A stretch of DNA of 32,000 bases from Fenollaria sporofastidiosus (GTDB taxonomy: Bacteria; Bacillota; Clostridia; Tissierellales; Peptoniphilaceae): contig NZ_OW968186.1 in assembly GCF_943169635.2 (NCBI RefSeq), positions 1,378,239-1,410,238 on the forward strand. The letters run 5' to 3'. Each line of letters begins with the position of its first letter. Positions within the stretch are counted from its first letter, which is position 1. The position numbers were made by a program, and so were the translations under genes. This document shows positions 1-9,528 of this stretch, in pieces. The notes under the pieces were generated by a model that saw nothing but the letters and a program-made list of their open reading frames with translations, made no database searches and was not told the DNA's origin.

Positions 1-290
1 ATAATAAGAAATAAATATTCCTCAAAAGGAAATATCATAAAAGTAAAAATATAAATCCACATCTCCATCACCAATCTGAGAAATGTATTTATTTTAAAAT
101 ATGCGAAAAGATTAAAGCTATATATTGCCAATATCTTTATGTATGGCACATGATTAAATATAGCTATTAGTGATACAATAAATATTAAAAATAAAATAAA
201 ACTATTATACTGGGCTTCTTTTACATCCTTGTATGATATATAAAAGAACTAGAGATAAGATTATATAAAGCTACTAGCATTTCATTTCTT
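1..290 (-). CDS. Probable A24-type prepilin peptidase (fragment, runs off window edge, frameshifted)
   Basis: Minus-strand translation in more than one frame gives a hydrophobic protein with 'ISYKDVKEAQYNSFILFLIFIVSLIAIF' and later 'QIGDGDVDL', resembling the two Asp motifs (D..., GxGD) of A24 peptidases. It lies directly downstream of a prepilin gene. Confidence 0.45.
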
Positions 291-292
291 TA

Positions 293-694
293 TTATTTGA
301 AAGTGCCACCGCCAGTATTAGCTGGGCTTGTTTTAGTTCCTGTAGTAATCTTATCTGGGCTAACAGTAATTACACCATTGGCGTCAATTTTAACGGTATA
401 TATAGTAGATCTATTTTGAGCTATGGATGAAGGGACTTTAACGTCATTCTTTAAGTAGCCCTCTTTAAACAATGTCTCAGAAGTCACATCATGTTTGTCT
501 GGAAACTCATTGAAATATAGTAGTGCAACTGAACTTATTTGGTCAACATTTGCATTATGAGCAGTTCTTTCCGCACTCATCTTTATAGCTTTATAAGCTG
601 GTATAGCAACAGCAATAAGTATTGCTACTATAGCTATAGATATAATGATTTCTACAAAAGTAAATCCTTTTTTGCTTTTACACTTCTTATTCAT
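293..694 (-). CDS. Type IV prepilin / pseudopilin
   Basis: N-terminal class III signal peptide and hydrophobic helix KKGFTFVEIIISIAIVAILIAVAIPAYKA, typical of PilA/ComGC-like pilins. Confidence 0.9.
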   Translation of the reverse strand: MNKKCKSKKGFTFVEIIISIAIVAILIAVAIPAYKAIKMSAERTAHNANVDQISSVALLYFNEFPDKHDVTSETLFKEGYLKNDVKVPSSIAQNRSTIYTVKIDANGVITVSPDKITTGTKTSPANTGGGTFK

Positions 695-708
695 AATCTT
701 TCCTCCTT

Positions 709-1922
709 CTAAGAAATAATGCTTGTCATCGAGTCATACATTGGTTTAAATACCATAAGTAAGATTAGCATGATTACTAAGCCCATAATTATAGTCATAA
801 GCGGCTCTATAGAGTTTACAAACTTATCAAGTCTTCTCTTTAAGTCTCGTTTATATAGTGACAAAACATTCTCTATAATTTCAACGAGATGCTCTGACTC
901 ATATCCAGTTATCAATATGGTCTTTACATCTTCTAAGAAAATATGACTTGAATTAACAACGTTTTGAAATGTTTCTCCCTCGTTTAAACTCTTAGTCATC
1001 CTTTCAAATTCCGTCCTTAGGTAAATTAAATCGAAGTTTTTAGAGAAGAAATCGAAAATTTCATTAACTTTACTACCAGACTTAAGCATGCTTAGCATAT
1101 AATATAAAATTCTGTAATTTATTCTAGACTTATATAAACCGTTTTTGATTCAAGCAAATATTTTGCTTAAAATATAAAATTTATCATTTTGATTAAGTAT
1201 AATGCTCAAAATTACAATAATAATTATTCCAAGAATATAATAAATATAGTTATACTTTATAGAATTGCTTACTATAAGCAAAAGTTTTAAACTATCTGGC
1301 ATTAGATTAGTATCATTGTCAAATAAATATGAAAATTGTGGAACTAAAAGACTATAATCATGATTATAAACGCAATCAAGGCTAGCATTAAAAACTTAGG
1401 TTTAATCATGATATTGCTGATCGTACTCTTGTACTCTTCTTGTTCGTAAAGGTTCTCGCTTATCTCTAATATTTGCTCTGAAAGGTCTTTTGAGTTTTTG
1501 CTTGTTTTTATATGTTCTGACTTCTCGGCTATCCTTAAGCTTAATAAAGATAAATTATCAAGTATGTCTAGCTTTGATAGTATATCCGACAATGTGAATC
1601 CATGCTCAATAAGATCTTTGATGAGTAAATAATAATTCTTTCAAAGGATCGCTAAGCGCTGAAGAACTTTGATACATTTGTTCAAGAATTTGTGGCAGGT
1701 TGTTATTTATCTTCAAATTAAATGCGATAATTCTGAAAAGTTTGCTATGTCCTTTCTTCTTACGCTGTTAATTTTAAGTATTCTATAAATCTTAGCAGGT
1801 CTAAAATACTTAACACTCATAAAATCAATATTAGAATCTTTAGTCTTAAGAAAGGCTTCGTAGATGTTCTTTGCGCTCACGCTTTTCGCTGCTGCATCTT
1901 CAAATATTATTTCATATTTCAT
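709..1922 (-). CDS. pilC: Type II secretion/type IV pilus inner membrane protein (PilC/GspF family), interrupted by frameshifts
   Basis: Three collinear fragments (1713-1922, 1344-1592, 709-1098) in different frames; the C-terminal part 'FSKNFDLIYLRTEFERMTKSLNEGETFQNVV...MTIIMGLVIMLILLMVFKPMYDS' is GspF-like. Position is between the ATPase and pilin genes. Confidence 0.75.
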
Positions 1923-3050
1923 TTATGTCGCCTTCTTTAAAGTCCATGTATGTTTTTCATCTATAAAATTATTTTCAAGCAAATAATTTATAGAGTCTTC
2001 AAAGCTTACATAATCAGATAGCTTCTTCATCTCATTGTAAATTTCACTTGTTAGTTTTGTATTGTTCTTTAGTAACAAGTCTCTTATCTTATCATTAATA
2101 AGTAGTATTTCAAATACTGCAATTCTGCCAAAGTATTTATCATTACCATCTTGAGCTATTAGGTCTTGCTTATCATAAGAAGACCTCAAGCGCTTAACAA
2201 GTCTTTGGTTAATTATTGCATTTAGAGAAGTAAATAGATAAGACGCTTCTACATCCATTTCTAAAAGTCTGTTGATACTTGTTACTGGGCTCATACTGTG
2301 CAAGGTAGTAATAATCTTATGACCAGTTAACGAAGCTCTAACAGCAATTTGTGCAGAATCTTCATCTCTTATCTCGCCTATGGCAATAACATCTGGGTCC
2401 TGTCTTAGTATGGCTCTAAGTGTGTTTGCAAATGTTATGTCCTTATAATCATGTATTTCAATTTGATCAATATCATTAACCCTATACTCTACTGGATCTT
2501 CAACGCTAACTATACTAAGGCGCTCTTTGTCTAGATTATTAAGCATGGTATACATAGTTGAGTTCTTGCCTGAACCTGTTGGTCCTGTAATAATAGTCAT
2601 TTGATACTTATACTTAACAATCTTTTCGAATAATTCTTTTGCTTTGTCGGACAAGCCAATGTTATCAACAGTAAACATCTCTTTATTGTTTAGAATCCTA
2701 ATACAAATTTTCTCTCCATATATTGCTTCGATAAAGGATACTCTAAGGTCAACTTCGCCATGACTAAATCTTCCATCTTGTGGTGCGAATTTAATCGCAG
2801 TATCGCACTCAGCCTTAATCTTGATAATGTTAACAATATTTTGATAAGCATTTTTATTAATCTTTTAAAAACACAAGTTCGCCATCAATCCTGAGCCTAA
2901 TTAATATATACTTATCATACGGTTCAAAGTGTATATCACTAGCTCTATTATCAATGGCGTAATCAATAATATTTTAATAAATTCTTCAGCTTTTGTTGTT
3001 TGAATTTCTAAAATTCCTTTATCATCATATAAAGAAGATAGTTTATTCAT
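1923..3050 (-). CDS. pilB: Type IV pilus/competence assembly ATPase (PilB/GspE/ComGA-like), frameshifted in its N-terminal half
   Basis: Walker-A-like GPTGSGKNST, SVEDPVEYRV Asp box, DPDVIAIGEIRDEDSA Walker B, TTLHS His box. Upstream sequence from an ATG at 3050 reads MNKLSSLYDDKGILEIQTTKAEEFIKILF... and, in a shifted frame, ASDIHFEPYDKYILIRLRIDGE, typical of GspE N-terminal regions. Confidence 0.85.
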
Positions 3051-4269
3051 TTGCCTTCCTTCTAATCATATAATTATATTGAACTTTCTTATCATATGGT
3101 AGATAAGCTTCCTTCATAGGTGTGTTTATATTGTCAACCTCTTGCATGTTTTCATCATAAATCTTCTCAATAGTAAATTTATCATAAAACTTAGGTCCAA
3201 ATATTTCTACTTCGTCTCCTATAGAGAATTTGTTTCTCTTGAAGCTTCATAAGCTTTTTGTCTTCGTCGTAATCAATTACTTTAGCAACAAAGTCATATA
3301 ATCTTATATGATGAGTTGTCATATGTTAAAGAAGCATTTTAACATCTCCAAAGAAAATGCAGTAGTAAAGTCTCTGTGACTAACTTTTTATTTCGTCAAG
3401 ATAAACATTGTTATCTCTATTGTAGATGTACCTATCTAAATCTTCGTAATAATCATCAATTGCTTTTCTATATTGATTAATAACAGTTGCAACATAGTAC
3501 TCAGACTTAACTCTACCTTCAATTTTGAATGAATCAACTCCCGCTTCAATTAACTCAGGAATGTAATTTATCATACATAGATCCTTAGAGTTCATTATAT
3601 ATGTGCCTTTTTCATCCTCTGTTATTGGATAATATTCACCTGGTCTAGTCTCTTCCATTAGATAATATTTATATCTGCATGGATGAGCGCAATCGCCCAT
3701 GTTAGCATTTCTACCTGTCATAAAGTTTGATAAAAGGCATCTACCTGAGTAGCTCATACACATAGCTCCGTGCACAAAGGCTTCAATCATAATTTTATCT
3801 TTTACTTCATCTTTTATCTCTTTTATCTCTTTTAAACTTAGTTCTCTAGCAAGTATAACTCTATCTGCTCCAAGACTGTGCCAAAATTCAACAGTAGCAG
3901 TATTTGTAATATTAGCTTGTGTGCTTATATGAATTTCTTTGCTTGGTGCTAGCGTTTTAACCTTTTGGAATATACCAGGGTCTGATACAATAAACGCATC
4001 TACACCCGCATCGTCCATGCTTTGTATATATTCATCAACACCTTCTAGATCTTTATTGTGAGATATGACATTTAATGTTAAATATACTTTTTTATCTAAA
4101 CTATGAGCGAGCTTTGTTGCTTCTTTTATATCATCTAAACTTAAATTCTTAGAAGCAGTTCTTAATCCAAGCTTGTCTCCAGCTAGATATACAGCATCAG
4201 CTCCATATTGTATAGCAGTTTTAAATTTTCTAAATCTCCTGCTGGTGCTAATAATTCAACTTTTTTCAT
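3043..4269 (-). CDS. U32 family peptidase (frameshifted)
   Basis: Start reads MKKVELLAPAGDLENLK...; central ORF 3380-4018 has the U32 signature EAFVHGAMCMSYSGRCLLSNF and CAHPCRYKYYL; C-terminus ...ENMQEVDNINTPMKEAYLPYDKKVQYNYMIRRKANE. Start is 1 nt from the stop of the methyltransferase gene. Confidence 0.88.
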
Positions 4270-4270
4270 C

Positions 4271-4909
4271 TTACTCCTTCCTTAAAAGCAATAAGCCATC
4301 GTGAACAGTAAGTAAACTTGCTGTAAACCTCTTATCGCTTTTAGTATCTTCAATAAATTTTTAAATTCTTTATTATGGTTCTATATCGTTTATTGTCTTC
4401 ATCTTTAGCTACATAACCTCTAAATAAAATGTTATCTATAATTATGAGAGCATTATCACTTGTTAAATCATATACTAAGTTTAGGTACTCTTCATACTGT
4501 GATTTATTTGCGTCGATAAAGCAAAATCATATTTCTCATTATTGTCCATGCTTTTCAAAACGCTTATCGCATCATCATTAAAAGCTTTTATTTTATTTGA
4601 CGAGTCATAATTTTTAAGATTTTCTTCTAATATCTTAAAAGTCTCTTCATCCTTTTCTATGGTTAATATATTAGCTCCCGAAGCTTTTGCCATAATTAAA
4701 GATGAATATCCTATAGCCGAGCCTATCTCTAAAATGTTTTTAGGCTTAATAGTTTTCAGTATTAACTCTAAAAATCTTGCCACGTCTTGAGAGACAATAG
4801 GAACCCTATTTGACTTAGCATACTCGACTAGTTCAGTAAAAGATTCTCTTTTAGAGGAAAAATCTTCTACGTAGTTAAAAACGTCCTCATCTATAAATTG
4901 ACTAATCAT
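4271..4909 (-). CDS. O-methyltransferase (SAM-dependent, family 3-like), frameshifted near its 3' end
   Basis: ILEIGSAIGYSSLIMA SAM-binding motif, YDFA(F)ID-like motif, C-terminus DKRFTASLLTVHDGLLLLRKE in a shifted frame. Conserved gene neighbourhood with mltG and U32 peptidase. Confidence 0.8.
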
Positions 4910-5928
4910 TGTTGCTCTTGTATTCCTTTTTATCATCTAAGAACTTATTGTAATCAGATGAGAAGTTATGAGCTCCATCTGAACCCGGCTTAACTACGAA
5001 GTATAAGTAGTCAACATCAGCTGGATGAAGGCTCGCAACGATGGATGCCTCGCCAGGATTGCAGATTGGTGCAGGTGGCAAGCCATCATGTGTATATGTG
5101 TTAAATGGTGAGTCAACTTTTAAATCTTCATTTGAAAGTTTTGGCTTTCTCTCGCCAAGCGCGTATTGAATTGTTGCGCAAGATTGAAGTCTTATATTCT
5201 TCTCGATTCTATTTAAGAAAACTTTAGCTATTATAGGTCTCTCCTCATCAAGTTTAGCTTCTCTTTCAACGATAGATGCTAAAGTGATAAGCTTATTCAA
5301 ATCGTCAACTTCACTACTAATCTTGCTATAAATATTATTAAAAGCATTGAGCATCATAGTGACAATCTCTTCACTACTCGAGCCTATCGCAATATCGTAG
5401 GTTGCAGGAAATAAAAATCCTTCCAAAGTATCGTTATTAATACTTGATAAAAATTCATATTTTTCTTTGTATTTATCAAGATTCTTGCATTCATTTAAAA
5501 AGTCTTCACTTGAAACAAGACCCTTTTCTTCTAATCTTTGAGCAATACGTGTTAATTCGAAGCCCTCTGGTATAGTTACTTTAACAGTTTCTCCTTTTTT
5601 ACCCTCACCCTTGCCTGCAATTATATTTGCAATTTCTAGTAAAGTCATAGATTTTTTCAATTTAAAAGTACCGCTTTTTATATGTTTTTCAAGATCGTTC
5701 TCCTTTAGTACATCTTTAAAAGCAGTTCCATTCCTAATAATTTTATTTTCATAAAGCTCTCTCGCTACGTCAGAAGCACCGCTTCCTTCAGCGATTTCGA
5801 TAGTATATTCAGTATCGTCATTTACATCGTAAGGTTTATACATGCTCGATACGCATGAGTTTACCTTCCATATAATTGCAATAACTATAAGTATTAAGAC
5901 AGTTATTGTAATTATCCTTCTTTTTCAT
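4902..5928 (-). CDS. mltG: Endolytic transglycosylase MltG (frameshift in N-terminal TM segment)
   Basis: ORF 4902-5843 contains YceG/MltG motifs (IPEGFELTRIAQRLEEKG, EGFLFPATYDI, LASIVEREA, IQYALG, SPFNTYTHDGLPPAPICNPG, HPADVDYLYFVVKPG.HNFS). Upstream ATG at 5928 with IITITVLILIVIAIIWKVNS in the +1 frame gives the TM helix. Confidence 0.93.
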
Positions 5929-5951
5929 TAAATCACCTTTTAATTCTGTTA

Positions 5952-6417
5952 TCATAGATATAATATATTATTGATCCAAATACTGCAACGCTTATAGCTT
6001 CTCCGCCCATGATACCTAATACTGTTGTAAAATATGGAATATTTGAGAAATATGATACCCATATTGACACTAAAATCCATTTAATATTATAGGTGGAAGC
6101 ATAGCTAAATACTTAGATTTTGATTTTCTTGTTAAATATGCAGCTACTAGTGTAACTAAGCTACCGCAAATAATATCTATCATGCCATAGCCTGACATAA
6201 AAGATAAAAATATGTTTGATATTAAACATCCTATGAATAATCCAGGAACTGCTGCAGCTTCCATTAGTGGAAGTACTGTTAATCCTTCAGCAAGTCTAAG
6301 CTGTATCGGTCCAAATGTTAATTGTTGGAACGGTAATATTGTTTGCAATAGTATAAGTATTGTGTAAAGTGTAGCAATTAAAGCCGCTTTTGTAATTGTG
6401 TTTGTTTTTGTCTTCAT
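5952..6417 (-). CDS. queT: QueT-family queuosine precursor transporter (C-terminal part frameshifted)
   Basis: FGPIQLRLAEGLTVLPLMEAAAVPGLFIGCLISNI is characteristic of QueT family; C-terminal '...MGGEAISVAVFGSIIYYL' is found in another frame. Confidence 0.8.
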
Positions 6418-6448
6418 TTTTAGTCTCCCTCGTTGAAATTTATGTAAA

Positions 6449-6780
6449 TGAGTAAACCTATAAGCCGTGTTCTGTATTAGATGGTTATCTATCTAGTTTT
6501 AATGTTACCATTAAAATCAAGCAACTTACCTTACAGGAGGTTACGAGCAATAACCTTTTATCCTTCTTTGTTTTGCTCCGAATGGGGTTTACATGTCACC
6601 TTTAGTCGCCTAAAAGTAGGTAGTCTCTTACACTGCCTTTCCACCCTTACCAAAATGGCGGTCTATTTCTGTTGCACTATCCTTGAAGTCGCCTTCACTG
6701 GACGTTATCCAGCATTCTGCTCTGTGGAGCACGGACTTTCCTCATGCCTAAGCACGCAACCATCTGGTTTACTCATTACA
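6449..6780 (-). ncRNA. rnpB: RNase P RNA (bacterial)
   Basis: Minus strand reads ...GCATGAGGAAAGTCCGTGCTCCACAGAGCAG...GAAGGCGAC...AACAGAAATAGACCGCC...GGGTGGAAAGGCA...GTAAACCCCATTCGGAGCAA...AATACAGAACACGGCTTATAGGTTTACTC. GAGGAAAGTCC, ACAGAAA...ACCGCC and CGGCTTA blocks are RNase P RNA hallmarks. The 5' GAGTAAACC and 3' GGTTTACTC ends are complementary. Confidence 0.95.
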
Positions 6781-6822
6781 AAGTTTATTATACTACAAAA
6801 TGCATAAAATTCTATATTATTT

Positions 6823-7578
6823 CTACATTATCAGTGAAAGAAGAGAAATTTTAACTATCTCAATGCCATTTGTATGTTTCTTTAATATATCCTCTATGAT
6901 ATTAACAAAAGCACTCTCACTACTGTTGTGGTCTTGCATAATTAAATTAATCTTTGCATTTCTTAGTGCTTGTATGTCATGATATCCTAAATCAGATGTT
7001 ATAACAGTGTCAGGCCTTTCTTCGATAGCATTTTCTACAAAATCTCTGCCACTACCATTTAATATCATAAGCCTGCTGTTACGATTATTATTTTTATATA
7101 CTTGTATATATTTCGCATTATTAATATCTTTAATGATATATCCCAAATCTTTTAATGATACATCCTTTATGTCTCCAACAACTCCATAGCCCATATCATC
7201 ATTTACCTTGATAGCAAAATCTGTATTAGAAAGCTTTAGATTGTCTTTGTAAAATTTATAAAAACCAGAGCTTTGAACATCGAATGATGTGTGCGCGCTA
7301 TAGTATATGATGTCATTTTTAATCATATGCTTAATTAGCTTTGAGCTTGCATTCATATCAATCTCTTTTATGCCTTTAAAAATTAAAGGATGATGCGTTA
7401 TCACCATATCCACATCATCCAGTTCTTTAATATCATCATATAAGAGATCAACGCTTAAATAAATCTTTTTTATATCTTCTTTATCTAGATCTATTATCAA
7501 TCCAGAATTATCCCAAGGCTCTCTATACTCCTTTGGGAAGATACTTTCAATTATCTTTATAATTTCATTCTTTTTCAT
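6823..7578 (-). CDS. Nif3-like dinuclear metal center hexameric protein
   Basis: FPKEYREPWDNSGLIID, ITHHPLIFKG, YSAHTSFDV, TSDLGYHDIQALRNAKINLIMQDHNSSE motifs. Confidence 0.9.
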   Translation of the reverse strand: MKKNEIIKIIESIFPKEYREPWDNSGLIIDLDKEDIKKIYLSVDLLYDDIKELDDVDMVITHHPLIFKGIKEIDMNASSKLIKHMIKNDIIYYSAHTSFDVQSSGFYKFYKDNLKLSNTDFAIKVNDDMGYGVVGDIKDVSLKDLGYIIKDINNAKYIQVYKNNNRNSRLMILNGSGRDFVENAIEERPDTVITSDLGYHDIQALRNAKINLIMQDHNSSESAFVNIIEDILKKHTNGIEIVKISLLSLIM

Positions 7579-8248
7579 TGATCTTCTCCATATATTTTTT
7601 AATTTTATTTAAATCTTTACTTAACTCTTCAAACTTGCTTAAATTCTTCTCTTTGTTAATCCTATTAAGTATATCTTTTATACTCTTAATTTCATTTTCA
7701 TAATACACTTTAAGGTATTCAATGTCTTGCATGTCAAAGTTAACTGGCAAAGTGTAGTCCTCAACATTAGTTTTCTTATTAATCACTTCATAGAGCCTAT
7801 AGTATTTTTCTTTCTCAATAAACAAACGTTCTTTCTTTATGAAAAAATCATTCTCCTTAAAATACTTTCTAATGTTCGAGCCTTCACCCATAGCTTGTAT
7901 TATTATACTACTAAAGCATCTTACCTTGTCTAAGCTCTTTGATAGTATGCTTACTATAGTCTCTTCGCCCATACCGGCAATTAAAAGTGTATCGTATCCC
8001 TTGCTATCTATATTAACAAGACCATCGCTTACAATAAATTTAATTTTATCTTTATACTTAACGCCAGAAAGTAATAGCTCAGCTTTTTCTAATGATTTTT
8101 CACTTATATCGCTTTCAATAACCTTATCTATAGTGCCATTATCCAAAAGCATCTTTGCTATATAGCCGTGATCGCAACCAACATCTATAAGCGAGGAACC
8201 TTTTTTAATGGACTTAGATATCTCAATAAGTCTCTTTGAATAATTCAT
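7565..8248 (-). CDS. trmK: tRNA (adenine(22)-N(1))-methyltransferase
   Basis: SLIDVGCDHGYIAKMLL, DTLLIAGMGEETIVSIL; position immediately downstream of rpoD and upstream of Nif3-like gene as in many Firmicutes. Confidence 0.88.
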   Translation of the reverse strand: MNYSKRLIEISKSIKKGSSLIDVGCDHGYIAKMLLDNGTIDKVIESDISEKSLEKAELLLSGVKYKDKIKFIVSDGLVNIDSKGYDTLLIAGMGEETIVSILSKSLDKVRCFSSIIIQAMGEGSNIRKYFKENDFFIKKERLFIEKEKYYRLYEVINKKTNVEDYTLPVNFDMQDIEYLKVYYENEIKSIKDILNRINKEKNLSKFEELSKDLNKIKKYMEKINEKE

Positions 8249-9528
8249 TATAGTTCAAGGAAGTCTCTAAGCTTTTTAGATCTACTTGGATGTTTTAGCT
8301 TTCTTAATGCTTTTGCTTCTATCTGTCTAATTCTTTCTCTAGTAACGTCAAAGGCTTGTCCAACCTCTTCAAGTGTTCTTGTTCTGCCATCATCAAGGCC
8401 GAATCTTAAAGCTAAAACTTTTCTTTCTCTATCTGTTAACGTGTCAAGAACAGAAATTAATTGTTCTCTAAGCATAGTGTTTGTCGCTGCATCTGATGGG
8501 GACAGTATTTCTTCATCAGGTATAAAGTCTCCTAAGTGCGAGTCTTCTTCTTCACCAATAGGTGTCTCTAATGATACTGGTTCTTGAGCAATCTTTTGTA
8601 CTTCTCTAACCTTTTCTACATCCATATTCATTAATTCAGCAACTTCTTCTGGAAGAGGGTCTCTACCTAATTCTTGTACTAATTGTCTTTGTGCTCTAAC
8701 TAACTTATTTATAGTCTCAACCATGTGTACAGGTATTCTTATAGTTCTGGCTTGGTCTGCTATGGCTCTTGTGATTGCTTGTCTAATCCACCATGTTGCA
8801 TAGGTACTAAACTTAAATCCCTTCTTGTGCTCAAACTTATCAACCGCTTTTATTAAGCCCATATTGCCTTCTTGGATCAAGTCTAAAAATTGCATACCTC
8901 TACCTACGTATCTCTTAGCAATACTAACTACAAGTCTCAAATTTGCTTCTGCAAGCTTATCTTTAGCTGACTCATCGCCTTCTTCTATCTTTTTTGCAAG
9001 TTTAACTTCTTCTTCAAAAGTAAGCAAAGGAATTCTACCTATTTCCTTAAGATACATCCTCACAGGGTCGTCAGTTATAACTATTTTGTTCTTGCCCTTT
9101 TCTTTAGCTAATTCAAGTTTATCATCCTTGCTTAATTCTTCCTCAAAAGATCTTAGCTCCTCTAAGTCAATGTCTTCTTCGTCATCGTCATCATCATCTT
9201 TATCAACATCAAAGTTTTCATCTAAGTCGATTTCTTCATCTTCATCTTTAGTGTCAATGATACTAACTTGAGCTGCATCTAGTGCATCGTAGAAAGATAT
9301 AACTTCGTCTTCAGTTACTTCAAATTTATCCAAACCATCCTCAATCTCTTTATAGTTGATGTAACCTTTTGTTCTTCCTTCGTTTAGTAGCTCATACATG
9401 GCTTGTCTTTTATCTTCGCTAACGTTTTCATCTATTATCTTTATTGCTTCATCCGTTACTTTTTCTTTTTTAATTTTCTTTGTGCTAGCATTCTTTTCTT
9501 TTTTCATAAGAACACTCCCCTTCATCAT
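8248..9528 (-). CDS. rpoD: RNA polymerase primary sigma factor
   Basis: [111 protein letters not shown]. The actual start may be an internal Met near 9507. Confidence 0.97.
   Translation of the reverse strand: MMKGSVLMKKEKNASTKKIKKEKVTDEAIKIIDENVSEDKRQAMYELLNEGRTKGYINYKEIEDGLDKFEVTEDEVISFYDALDAAQVSIIDTKDEDEEIDLDENFDVDKDDDDDDEEDIDLEELRSFEEELSKDDKLELAKEKGKNKIVITDDPVRMYLKEIGRIPLLTFEEEVKLAKKIEEGDESAKDKLAEANLRLVVSIAKRYVGRGMQFLDLIQEGNMGLIKAVDKFEHKKGFKFSTYATWWIRQAITRAIADQARTIRIPVHMVETINKLVRAQRQLVQELGRDPLPEEVAELMNMDVEKVREVQKIAQEPVSLETPIGEEEDSHLGDFIPDEEILSPSDAATNTMLREQLISVLDTLTDRERKVLALRFGLDDGRTRTLEEVGQAFDVTRERIRQIEAKALRKLKHPSRSKKLRDFLEL

Noticed and set aside
6418-6448. Possible preQ1 riboswitch controlling queT
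   Set aside because: Only about 30 nt separate the rnpB 3' end from the queT start, too little for a preQ1 aptamer plus expression platform, and no matching motif was seen.
6481-6807. Plus-strand ORF of 108 aa (MVIYLVLMLPLKSSNLPYRRLRAITFYP...)
   Set aside because: Lies almost entirely over the complement of the RNase P RNA; better explained as rnpB on the minus strand.
8825-9271. Plus-strand ORF of 148 aa with a poly-Ser tract
   Set aside because: Exact antisense of rpoD; the Ser-rich tract is the complement of the Asp/Glu codons. No independent evidence of coding.
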